From an uncultured Solirubrobacterales bacterium (GTDB taxonomy: Bacteria; Actinomycetota; Thermoleophilia; Solirubrobacterales; Solirubrobacteraceae): a stretch of DNA of 64,000 nt. The position numbers and the translations under genes were made by a program. Location: NCBI GenBank assembly GCA_963731565.1, contig CAVSWG010000001.1:1687412-1751411 (forward strand). Reading direction: 5' to 3'. The notes below the pieces were generated by a model that saw nothing but the letters and a program-made list of their open reading frames with translations, searched no databases and was not told the DNA's origin. Shown here in pieces: positions 9,337 through 17,731 of the stretch. Within the stretch, counting starts at the first letter, position 1, and every line of letters starts with the position of its first letter.

Positions 9337-10290
9337 TCAGGCGGTGGAAGGACGGGTGCTCGGGCGAGGATTTGCTGCTTTCTTAGCTCCGGCCGGCTTG
9401 ATCTTCTTCGCTGCGGCCTGTGTACCGACCCCTGTATTGGCAGTTTGCGCCTTGGGTCGGCCGACGCCCTCCTTCGCGCGCGCCTGCGCGGGCGCCCGTC
9501 TGCGATCCTCCTCTGCCTGTGTCTCGAGCAGCGGCTCGGCTGCCGCCAGCCGTCGCACAAGCTCGGTACGCACTCGTTCGAGCTCCTTGGCGCTCAGCAG
9601 GCGTGGCCCGGCGTGTCTAGGGGGCCTGGACGGTGCCGGGATCAATCCGGGATGACGCGCCTGTATCTCTGAGAGCGTCTGCTCCAGGGCCGCGATCTGA
9701 CTGCGCAGCTCCCTGCGTCGTTCGGTGGCCTGTGCGGTTGCGTCCGCCTGCGGCTCGGCCGTCACGTACAGCGCGGCCGCTACCTCGCGCGGGTCGACGC
9801 CTGTCATACGTGCCTGCTGTGCGGCGTCGGCGGCGATCTGGCCGACGGCCGAGGGCTCTTGCGTGACGCTCGCCACGAATGTGCCGGTGCCTTGGCGGCT
9901 GTCGATCAAGCCCTCTTGCTCCAAGCGCTGATACACGGCCCGCGCCGTATTGGCGTTGATCCCCAGCATCTCGCCCAGCTCGCGTAGCCCTGGCAGGCGC
10001 TGGCCGGCAATCAGTCGCCCGTCGCCGATTCTTGCCCGCAGCGCCCACGCGAGTTGCACACCGATCGGGATCTCCCCGGCGCGGTCGATCTTCAGGTCGT
10101 CCAGCTCGAGCGCCACAACGGGTGGGCTTTGCACAGAATTGCCAGCCGGTACGTGGTCACGAGCCGCAAGGTTGCTCGACGGGCGCGAGGGCGCTCGTCG
10201 GGAGCGGGCTTCGGCAGGTGCATCTGACGGCCCCCTATCGCGATGGTCGTCTCTTGCCATGTACTCCACATTAGTCGCTTCCATGTCCAA
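9337..10290 (-). CDS. GntR-family transcriptional regulator with a basic Lys/Ala/Pro-rich C-terminal tail
   Basis: wHTH segment GQRLPGLRELGEMLGINANTARAVYQRLEQEGLIDSRQGTGTFV. The tail is ...AAAKKIKPAGAKKAANPRPSTRPSTA. The N-terminal start is uncertain. Confidence 0.78.
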   Translation of the reverse strand: MDMEATNVEYMARDDHRDRGPSDAPAEARSRRAPSRPSSNLAARDHVPAGNSVQSPPVVALELDDLKIDRAGEIPIGVQLAWALRARIGDGRLIAGQRLPGLRELGEMLGINANTARAVYQRLEQEGLIDSRQGTGTFVASVTQEPSAVGQIAADAAQQARMTGVDPREVAAALYVTAEPQADATAQATERRRELRSQIAALEQTLSEIQARHPGLIPAPSRPPRHAGPRLLSAKELERVRTELVRRLAAAEPLLETQAEEDRRRAPAQARAKEGVGRPKAQTANTGVGTQAAAKKIKPAGAKKAANPRPSTRPSTA

Positions 10291-10297
10291 AACATAA

Positions 10298-10319
10298 AGT
10301 GCTAGTGAACTAGTACACT
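10298..10319. promoter_or_regulatory. candidate GntR-type operator in the divergent intergenic region
   Basis: agtgctagtgaactagtacact is an AT-rich imperfect palindrome of the form GT-N-CTAGTnnACTAG-N-AC. It lies between the GntR gene and yrbEA. Confidence 0.35.
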
Positions 10320-10325
10320 ATTTCT

Positions 10326-11246
10326 ATGGGTGGGTTGGGTCACCGGGAGTTGGGCGGCGCGGGTGCCGGCGAGTCGAGTCAGAGCACGGCGTCTGGCCAC
10401 CTCGACACGCCGTCTCCCGGCGTGTCGGGAGACGCAGGTTGGGGGGGTGCTTTGCTCACCCGGGCTCTGCTTCCGGCGAGAAACCTGCTCGAGGAAGTCG
10501 GGGACATGATGATCCTCGCCGGCAAGACGGTCTCCGCTGTGGTCATGCCGCCCTATCCATATGGCGGCGAGTTCGTGTGGCAGTTCCTGTTCGCGCTACG
10601 GGTCTGCTGGCTACCGTTGCTGTTGTCCACCTTTGCGATCTCCTACGGTGCTCCGGGCTTGCAGGCGGCGAACTTCCTCACAGTCCTGGGCTCACTCGAT
10701 CGCCTCGGCGGCTTCTTTTGCGTGATCGTCGTGCGCGAAATCGGCCCGCTCATCACAGCGACGATGCTCGCGGGAGCAGCTGGCACGGCGATCACAGCGG
10801 ACTTGGGCGCGCGCAAGATCCGTGAGGAGCTCGACGCTCTGCAGGTCTTGGGTGTGGACCCGGTCAAGAATCTGGTGGTACCGCGCTTTCTTGCGCTGAT
10901 GCTTGTCACCGGGCTGTTCAACATCTACGCGATCCTGTTTGGCCTGTTCGGTGGGATCTTGGCCGCCATCGTCCACGGGCAGCCTTTGGGACCCTTTTGG
11001 GCGACTTTTTTCAACAACACCTCCACCACTGATCTGTGGGGCTCGAGCTTGAAGACGGCCGTGTTCGGGGCGATCATCGCGATCATCTGCTGCTACAAGG
11101 GCATGACCGCCTCCGGAGGTGCGGAGGGTGTGGGACGAGCCGTGAACCAGGCTGTCGTCGCTTCGTTCATCGCGTTCGGCTCGTTCAACTACGCCTTCAC
11201 GCAGGTACTGCTCGCCACCCACCCCAACATCATCACCGTCCGATGA
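10326..11246 (+). CDS. yrbEA: MlaE/YrbE-family ABC transporter permease
   Basis: 306 aa, multi-TM, typical YrbE pattern (REIGPLITATMLAGAAGTAITADLGARKIREELDALQVLGVDP). Confidence 0.85.
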   Translation: MGGLGHRELGGAGAGESSQSTASGHLDTPSPGVSGDAGWGGALLTRALLPARNLLEEVGDMMILAGKTVSAVVMPPYPYGGEFVWQFLFALRVCWLPLLLSTFAISYGAPGLQAANFLTVLGSLDRLGGFFCVIVVREIGPLITATMLAGAAGTAITADLGARKIREELDALQVLGVDPVKNLVVPRFLALMLVTGLFNIYAILFGLFGGILAAIVHGQPLGPFWATFFNNTSTTDLWGSSLKTAVFGAIIAIICCYKGMTASGGAEGVGRAVNQAVVASFIAFGSFNYAFTQVLLATHPNIITVR

Positions 11247-12043
11247 CCGAAACGACCCCAACCGCGCGCGAGTGGCTTGCCTCTGCAGGTGAGATCGGTC
11301 AGTTCACCGGTCGCGTCGTGCGTGACGTGTGGAGCCTTCGCGTCCTGCGCTTTTTTGGCGAGGCCACACGCCAGGCGGGGCTCCTGATCGTCTCCTCGAC
11401 AGCGGTCTTGTGGATCATGGTGTTCATCATCGGGCTTGGTCCCTGTGGTATCCAGGGCGCCTACTTCGCCCAAGCCCAAGGAGCGCCAAGTATCGCGGGC
11501 GCTTTCGCGGCCTGGTGCGACCTGCGGGAGGCAATCCCCTATGCGTTCGGCTACATGATGGCGGCGAAGGTCGGCACGGGCATCGTGGCCGAGCTCGGAG
11601 CAATGCGCATCAACGACGAGATCGACGCCCTCGAAGTGATGGGAGTCGATTCGATGGTGTTCTTGTGCGCCACGCGCCTCTTCGCCGGGTGGCTTGTGCT
11701 GCCCTTCATGTACATAGCGGGAATCGGCGTGGGCTTCTTGGCCTCGTACATAGCAGTGGTCAAGCAGGTCGGGGCGACCACCTCGGGCGGCTATCTGTTG
11801 GTCTTCTGGCAGTACCAAAATCCATTGGACTATCTCTACAGCGTCATAAAGGCGATGTTCATGGCCACCGCGGTCGTGCTGGTGGCTTGCTACTACGGCT
11901 ACACGGCTTCGGGCGGTCCGGTCGGCGTCGGTAGGGCCACGGCCAAGTCAATGGTGCTCAATCTCGTGCTCGTCACGATGATTGGCATGCTCGGCACGCA
12001 AGTCTTCTGGGGCACCAATCCCCGAACGCCGATCGGGGGTTGA
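11243..12043 (+). CDS. yrbEB: MlaE/YrbE-family ABC transporter permease
   Basis: Paralogue of the preceding gene (KVGTGIVAELGAMRINDEIDALEVMGVD). The ATG at 11243 overlaps the upstream stop (ATGA). The track ORF's earlier start is in a shadow frame. Confidence 0.85.
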   Translation: MTETTPTAREWLASAGEIGQFTGRVVRDVWSLRVLRFFGEATRQAGLLIVSSTAVLWIMVFIIGLGPCGIQGAYFAQAQGAPSIAGAFAAWCDLREAIPYAFGYMMAAKVGTGIVAELGAMRINDEIDALEVMGVDSMVFLCATRLFAGWLVLPFMYIAGIGVGFLASYIAVVKQVGATTSGGYLLVFWQYQNPLDYLYSVIKAMFMATAVVLVACYYGYTASGGPVGVGRATAKSMVLNLVLVTMIGMLGTQVFWGTNPRTPIGG

Positions 12044-12050
12044 TCGGGTC

Positions 12051-12093
12051 CCACCCTGCCCCGAGCGCCGGACCACGCGCTCGGGGCGGGTGG
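12051..12093 (+). terminator. strong GC-rich hairpin just after the yrbEB stop (no U-tract)
   Basis: ccaccctgccccgagcgc / gcgctcggggc-gggtgg gives a stem of about 17 bp with an 8-nt loop, starting 8 nt after the stop. Confidence 0.4.
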
Positions 12094-12165
12094 AGTGCTG
12101 TGTCCGGTGGCTCATCGGGTGAGGGTGGGCGGACTCGATTTAATCCACCCGCTACGCTGGGCGCC

Positions 12166-14511
12166 ATGTCAAAGACCCTCGTGATCGCAGAGAAGCCCTC
12201 GGTCGGGCGCGACCTGGCGCGTGTGCTCACAGGTCCGTTCGCTAAGCAGGAAGGCTGGCTCGAGGGTCCCGACCACGTAATCACATGGGCGGTCGGTCAC
12301 CTTGTGCAGCTCGCCGAGCCCGACGAATACGACGCCAAATACAAGCGCTGGCGCATGCCTGACCTGCCGATCGTGCCAAAGAAGTTCAAGCTCGTGGTGC
12401 GTGACGAGCGCTCGCGCAAGCAAATGTCCGTGGTGACCGCTCAACTAGGACGCGAGGACGTCTCCTTGGTCGTCAACGCTTGTGACGCCGGGCGCGAGGG
12501 GGAGCTGATCTTCGCCTATCTGTACGAGAAGGCCAAAGCCAAGAAGCCTGTGCAGAGGCTGTGGCTGAACTCGATGACGACCGCCGCCATGAAGAGCGCT
12601 TTTGAGTCCTTGCGCCCCGCTGAGGACTACGCCCTGCTAGAGCAGGCCGCCCGCTCTCGCTCGGAGGCAGATTGGATCGTCGGCATGAACGCCACTCGCG
12701 CCGCTTCTATCCGCTTGAAATCCTCGTTTGACGGCGCGGTCTCGCTGGGGCGCGTGCAGACCCCCACACTCGCGATCGTGGCGCGCCGCGAGGAAGAGAT
12801 CAAAGCTTTCGTGCCTGAGCCCTACTGGCTTGTGGACGCGACTTTCGACGCCGGTCCGCTCGGTGCTTCAGAGGCCGCGGAGGCCGGTCCGGACGGAGCT
12901 GGCAATGGGTCCATTGGCGTGGGGGAGGAGTCCGAGGGTGAGGGGACCAGCGCGCGCGTGTATGAGGGCCGTTTCCACATGGGCGCCAAGCCGCGCCTGG
13001 CGAGCGAGGCGGAGGCGCTTGCGATCGTCGAGGCTTGCCAAGGCAAGCAAGGCACGATCACCAAGCTCGACAAGAAGGAGCAACGCGAGCGCGCCCCAAT
13101 GCTCTACGACCTCACGAGTCTCCAGCGCGAGGCCAACACGCGCTATGGCTTCTCCGCGCGACGTACGTTGGCGGCCGCGCAACGTCTCTACGAGGAGCAC
13201 AAGGCACTCACCTATCCCCGTACCAACTCGCGCTACCTCACCACCGACATGGTCGAGGAGATCAAGCCCACTGCCGAGCTCGTGGGAGGACAGAAGGAGT
13301 ACGCCAAAGCAGCCGCCTATGTCACGGGCCTGGACGTGCTCCCGCTGGCTCGGGTGGTCAACAACGAGAAGGTCACCGATCACCACGCGATCATCCCGAC
13401 CAAGGCCGAGCACGCGGTGGATCGCATGGGCGACGACGACAAACGTGTATATGACATGGTCGTTCGCCGGTTCCTCGCCGTCTTCCATCCGGAGGCGGTG
13501 TTCGAGAACACCCGTGTCGAGACCACTGTCCTGCCCGCGGGCAGCGACGCCGGCGGGTGCGTGTTCCGCACGCGCGGCAAGCTCCTACTCGTTCCCGGCT
13601 GGCGCGGCGTCTACGGACAGATTCCCTCCGAGGCGAAGTCCGCCGCCGAGGAAGACGAGGGCACCGACCAACAGCTGCCCAAGCTCAGTGAGGGTGAGTC
13701 CACGCAGACGCTAGAGATCGCAAGTGAGCGCAAGGAAACAAAGCCCCCCCGTCGCTATAGCGATGCGTCCTTGCTCGGGGCGATGGAGACGGCCGGCAAG
13801 CTCGTCGACGACGAGGAGACGCGCGAGGCGATGAAGGACTCCGGCATCGGCACACCCGCCACGCGTGCCGCCATCATCGAGCGCCTGATCCAGGTCGGCT
13901 ACATCGAACGCGAGGCGCGCGCCTTGGTGGCCACCGACAAGGGCCTCAACGTCATCAGGCTGCTCGGCGAGCACGCGCTCACATCGCCTGACATGACCGG
14001 CCAATGGGAGCATCGCCTCGACAAGATCGAGCGCGGCGAGGACTCGCGCGAGAAGTTCATGAACGACATCGCCGGATTTGCGGAGCTCACCGTCAAAGAG
14101 CTTGACGAGAAACTCAAGGATGTGCGCATCCCGCGCGCCAACCTCGGACCGTGCCCGATCTGCGGGCACGACATCAAAGAGAACCGCAAGGGCTACTCGT
14201 GCTGGGCACGCGACGATCCGGGGTGCGGCTTTGTGATCTGGAAGGGCAAGTCTGGTAAGCAGCTGTCCGTGGCGATCGCCAAGGAGCTGATTCGCGCCGG
14301 ACACACCTCCAAGGCGGTCACTGGCTTCAAGGCACGCAGCGGACGTAACTTCCGTGCTCATCTCGCGCTCTCCCAGGACGAAGAGGGCAAGTGGCGCGTG
14401 GAGTTCAACGAGGCGTGGGCCAAGGAGGGGGCCAAGCCGCCGGAGGCAGAGGCAGAGACGGACGCCGAGAGCGCAAGCAGCGAGGAGACGGTGGCCGCAA
14501 GCGCGGCCTAG
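12166..14511 (+). CDS. topB: DNA topoisomerase III
   Basis: Toprim N-terminus MSKTLVIAEKPS and DAGREGE. Has a type IA core, a C-terminal zinc ribbon (CPICGH...YSCW...CGF) and a topoisomerase C-terminal repeat-like segment. Start set at the ATG at 12166. Contains an acidic Gly-rich insert (AGPLGASEAAEAGPDGAGNGSIGVGEESEGEG). Confidence 0.9.
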   Translation: MSKTLVIAEKPSVGRDLARVLTGPFAKQEGWLEGPDHVITWAVGHLVQLAEPDEYDAKYKRWRMPDLPIVPKKFKLVVRDERSRKQMSVVTAQLGREDVSLVVNACDAGREGELIFAYLYEKAKAKKPVQRLWLNSMTTAAMKSAFESLRPAEDYALLEQAARSRSEADWIVGMNATRAASIRLKSSFDGAVSLGRVQTPTLAIVARREEEIKAFVPEPYWLVDATFDAGPLGASEAAEAGPDGAGNGSIGVGEESEGEGTSARVYEGRFHMGAKPRLASEAEALAIVEACQGKQGTITKLDKKEQRERAPMLYDLTSLQREANTRYGFSARRTLAAAQRLYEEHKALTYPRTNSRYLTTDMVEEIKPTAELVGGQKEYAKAAAYVTGLDVLPLARVVNNEKVTDHHAIIPTKAEHAVDRMGDDDKRVYDMVVRRFLAVFHPEAVFENTRVETTVLPAGSDAGGCVFRTRGKLLLVPGWRGVYGQIPSEAKSAAEEDEGTDQQLPKLSEGESTQTLEIASERKETKPPRRYSDASLLGAMETAGKLVDDEETREAMKDSGIGTPATRAAIIERLIQVGYIEREARALVATDKGLNVIRLLGEHALTSPDMTGQWEHRLDKIERGEDSREKFMNDIAGFAELTVKELDEKLKDVRIPRANLGPCPICGHDIKENRKGYSCWARDDPGCGFVIWKGKSGKQLSVAIAKELIRAGHTSKAVTGFKARSGRNFRAHLALSQDEEGKWRVEFNEAWAKEGAKPPEAEAETDAESASSEETVAASAA

Positions 14512-14532
14512 GTTCATTGCTTCGCCGTTAGG

Positions 14533-14556
14533 TGCCTACGCGCGCGCGGGTAGGCA
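14533..14556. repeat. (CG)n-core palindromic element, near-perfect copy
   Basis: tgcctacgcgcgcgcgggtaggca has one mismatch from perfect dyad symmetry. Lies in the intergenic region between topB and addB. Confidence 0.6.
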
Positions 14557-14558
14557 GC

Positions 14559-14595
14559 TTGGGAAAGTTTGGGAAAGCAGCGCAGGTTGGGAAGG
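14559..14595 (+). promoter_or_regulatory. three direct TTGGGAA(A/G)G repeats upstream of addB
   Basis: ttgggaaag at 14559 and 14569, ttgggaagg at 14587. They lie 44-80 nt upstream of the proposed addB start. Confidence 0.25.
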
Positions 14596-14638
14596 CGGCG
14601 AGCGGTCTGCGGCCAGCACGTCGGGCGGGTGCGCCAGG

Positions 14639-16207
14639 ATGGGGAGTGTGCCCATCGCGCTCGTCACCGGACCTGCCAACGCCGGCAAGGCGCATCTCCT
14701 GCTCGAGGCTGTCAGGGGGCATCTCGCGCGTGGAGAGCGACCCTTGTTTGTCGTCCCCACCGAGGCCGACCAGGCGCGTTACCGACGCGAGCTGGCGGAA
14801 GGGGGGCTCGCCTTGGGCGTCCGCGTCGAGCGCTTCGAGGGATTGCTGGCAGAGGTGCTCGCGCGTGCCGGCAACCGGGTCACGCCGCTCGGCCCACTCG
14901 CGCGGGAGCGCCTGCTTGCGCGGATCGCCGGCGTGCGCTCCGGTACGGCAAGTGAGCTCGCCAAGCTCGTGGCCGAGCTCGAGACTCAGCGGATCACACC
15001 CGCACGCTTGCAGGGCGCTCTGCGGGCATGGGCGGCCGCTGGTGGCGAGCCCGTCGAGGACCGGTTTAGCTTGGGAGAGGCCCGAGCCGAGTCCGGGCTG
15101 AGTCCGGAAAAGGTGGTCCCGAGAGCAACCGGCAAGCGAGCCACGCTCGTATGGGTTAGCGATGTGCTCGAGCGCTATCACGCCACTCTGGCCAGGATGC
15201 GGCGCGCCGACCGCGAGCTGCGGGTTACGGATGCGCTTGATGCCTTGCGCCGTAGGCCTGCCTTGTGGCAGGCCACGCCGCTTGCCCTGTACGGATTTGA
15301 CGACTTCACCGAGCTTCAGCTCGACGCGATCGAGACGCTCGGCGGAGTGGTCGGGGCACGAGTCACGGTCTCGCTCCCATATGAGCCCGGGCGGGTCGTG
15401 TTCGCCGGTCGAGCCGCCACCTTCCAACGCCTCACCCCGCTTGCCGACTCCCATGCGGAACTGCCGCCGCGAGCCGATTACTACGAGCCTACGGCACGCA
15501 AAGCTCTCCACCACCTGGAGCGTTCGCTGTTGGCCGGTCTCCCCACGCGAGTGGATCCAGACGAGGCAATCAGACTGCTGGAGGGCGGCAGTCCGCGGGC
15601 TGAGCTGGAGCTTGTCGCGGGCGAGGTTCGGGCGCTATTGGATAAAGGGGTCGAGGCGGATGAGATCGCGATCGCACACCGCTCGCCCGACTCGATCGCC
15701 CCGTTGCTCGCCGAGGTACTCGCCGATTTCGACATTCCCTATGGCTTGCGAACCAAGGTTATGTTTGCTCATGCCGCTATCGGCCGGGGCTTGCTTGGCG
15801 TGCTCCGTTGCGCGCTGGGCACGGGGGAGCTTGGCGACCTGCTGGCCTGGTTGCGTGTTCCCGGCGTACTTGATCGCCCCGAGTTGGCCGACCGCCTGGA
15901 GGCGAGCGCGCGCAGACACGGCGCGCTCGATGCTGCGCGCGCCCGCGCCTTGTGGGAGGCGGAGCAGTGGCCCCTGGATCGCATCGAGCGCCTTTCCGAG
16001 GCCGCTCAACAGGGCTTGCCCGCGCTGGCGGAAGCGCTCACCATTGAGCTTCAACGACTCTTCAATGCTCCACGCGTAGCAACCGCAGCCGTACTCGATG
16101 AGGACGAGCTCGACGAGGCGCATGCCTTGGCAGGCGCTCGTCGCGCACTTCGAGGAGCTGGGCGAGATCGCGCGCTCTGTACCCGATCTCGCGCCAACGC
16201 CATCTGA
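14639..16207 (+). CDS. addB: AddB/RexB-type helicase-nuclease subunit B, N-terminal part (frame 1 of an apparently frameshifted gene)
   Basis: Starts MGSVPIALVTGPANAGKAHLLLEAV (Walker A-like). The reading frame ends at 16207, while the sequence continues sensibly in another frame from about 16135. Confidence 0.7.
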   Translation: MGSVPIALVTGPANAGKAHLLLEAVRGHLARGERPLFVVPTEADQARYRRELAEGGLALGVRVERFEGLLAEVLARAGNRVTPLGPLARERLLARIAGVRSGTASELAKLVAELETQRITPARLQGALRAWAAAGGEPVEDRFSLGEARAESGLSPEKVVPRATGKRATLVWVSDVLERYHATLARMRRADRELRVTDALDALRRRPALWQATPLALYGFDDFTELQLDAIETLGGVVGARVTVSLPYEPGRVVFAGRAATFQRLTPLADSHAELPPRADYYEPTARKALHHLERSLLAGLPTRVDPDEAIRLLEGGSPRAELELVAGEVRALLDKGVEADEIAIAHRSPDSIAPLLAEVLADFDIPYGLRTKVMFAHAAIGRGLLGVLRCALGTGELGDLLAWLRVPGVLDRPELADRLEASARRHGALDAARARALWEAEQWPLDRIERLSEAAQQGLPALAEALTIELQRLFNAPRVATAAVLDEDELDEAHALAGARRALRGAGRDRALCTRSRANAI

Positions 16208-17723
16208 ACTGGTGGAGGTCCTGGAGCGACTGGAGCTACCGGTGTCCGCCCACGCCGCCCGTCCGCAGCAGGGCTTGGTGGCCGTCGTCGACCCCCTGTC
16301 GCTCAGGGCGCGACGCGTGCGCATGTTGTTCGCGTGTGGCCTTCAAGAAGGCGTGTTCCCGGCTTCCGCTATGCCCCACCCGCTACTTGGAGACGAGGAT
16401 CGGCGCGGGCTGGCCGTTGCCTCTGGGCTCGTCTTGCGTGGCGCCCCGGACGCCCTTGCGGCCGAGCGGTACCTGCTCTATGCGCTTGGCTCTCGCCCGC
16501 GCGAGCGTCTCACTCTTAGCTGGCACAGCGCCGACGAAGACGGTACCCCACTCGCCCGATCGCTGTTCGTGGACGACGTCTGCGATCTGTTCTCTCGCAC
16601 GCTCACCGAGCGAACGGTCCGTCGCGTTGCCGGGGACGCGAGCTGGCCTGGGCCCGGACGGCCGGCGGGTTCGATGGCGGCGCGTGAGAGTGCTTGCCCA
16701 AGCCCGATCGGCGACCGGCTGGCCGGCGCCGGCTCGGCGGATTCGGAATCCGACGGAGCCACACCAACCGACGGGGGGATGGACCGCGGTGGACCGCTCG
16801 GTGTGCGGCCACATCCGATCGAGTCACTGCGCGACGAGGGTGTGCTCAGGGAGCTCCGCTCGCGTGCCTTGTGGTCTGCCTCATCGCTCGAGGCTTGGGT
16901 CAGCTGTCCTGTCAAGTGGTTTGTGGAGCGGATCCTGCGAGCAGAGGAGATCGACCCACGTCCGGAGCCAATCGCGCGCGGCGGTCTGGCGCACGCGGCG
17001 CTGAAGAGCACGCTCGAGCGCTTGCGCGAGCGCAATGGCTCTGCGCGTCTGACTCCCGCAAGTCTCAGCCTTGCCAAGAGGTTGCTGCGCGAGTCCTTGG
17101 CCGAGCACGAGCCGCTCTATCCGCTGACGGTCGCGCCAGAGCGCCTGCCGGGTGCTCGCAGGCGTTTGGCGGTCGACCTGGAGCGGTATATGGAATATGC
17201 GGCCCAGCAGGAGAGTCCCCTGGAGCCGACTCACCTGGAGCTCGAGTTCGGATTTGAGCAGGACGGCTTGCCTCCATTGGACATCGGCGAGGGGGTTCTC
17301 CTTCGCGGGCGTATTGACCGCGTCGACGTCGGCGGGGAGCAGGCGGTTGTGTACGACTACAAGGGACGCTCTGCGCCGGCGGGAGCGAGATGGCTAAACG
17401 ACGGTGCTTTTCAGGTTGCGCTCTATATGCGCGCGGTGCAACAGCTGCTCGGCGATAACCCCGTCGGAGGCTTCTACCAGCCCCTCGCCGGCAGGGACAT
17501 CAAGGCGCGCGGGGTGATCGACGCCGACAGCGGCCTTGACCTCGACTGCGTGCGTACCGACCGACTCGATCGAGAGGACTTGCTTGCGTTGATCGACCAG
17601 TGTGTGACGATTGCGCGTCGGGCCGCCCGCGAGGCACGTTCTGGCGCGCTCGTCCCGCGACCCGACACATGCGCCTACAACGGCGGATGCGCGTATCCCA
17701 CGATCTGCCGTTGCGAGCTTTGA
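16098..17723 (+). CDS. addB: AddB/RexB-type subunit B, C-terminal part with a RecB-family nuclease and Fe-S cysteines
   Basis: Nuclease motif GRIDRVDV..VVYDYKG. Four Cys (WVSCPVKW ... CAYNGGCAYPTIC) as in the AddB iron-staple domain. The stop lies 8 nt before the addA start. Confidence 0.75.
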   Translation: MRTSSTRRMPWQALVAHFEELGEIARSVPDLAPTPSELVEVLERLELPVSAHAARPQQGLVAVVDPLSLRARRVRMLFACGLQEGVFPASAMPHPLLGDEDRRGLAVASGLVLRGAPDALAAERYLLYALGSRPRERLTLSWHSADEDGTPLARSLFVDDVCDLFSRTLTERTVRRVAGDASWPGPGRPAGSMAARESACPSPIGDRLAGAGSADSESDGATPTDGGMDRGGPLGVRPHPIESLRDEGVLRELRSRALWSASSLEAWVSCPVKWFVERILRAEEIDPRPEPIARGGLAHAALKSTLERLRERNGSARLTPASLSLAKRLLRESLAEHEPLYPLTVAPERLPGARRRLAVDLERYMEYAAQQESPLEPTHLELEFGFEQDGLPPLDIGEGVLLRGRIDRVDVGGEQAVVYDYKGRSAPAGARWLNDGAFQVALYMRAVQQLLGDNPVGGFYQPLAGRDIKARGVIDADSGLDLDCVRTDRLDREDLLALIDQCVTIARRAAREARSGALVPRPDTCAYNGGCAYPTICRCEL

Positions 17724-17731
17724 AGGCCTCG

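Noticed and set aside
14354-14638. Upstream extensions of addB (14354), addA (17600), yrbEB (11036), topB (12040), moeZ (46298), murI (61308) and rph (62360) in the ORF track.
   Set aside because: The extensions are Arg/Pro-rich and overlap the preceding gene or an intergenic element. The family-typical N-termini begin at internal start codons, several with SD-like sequences or stop/start overlaps.
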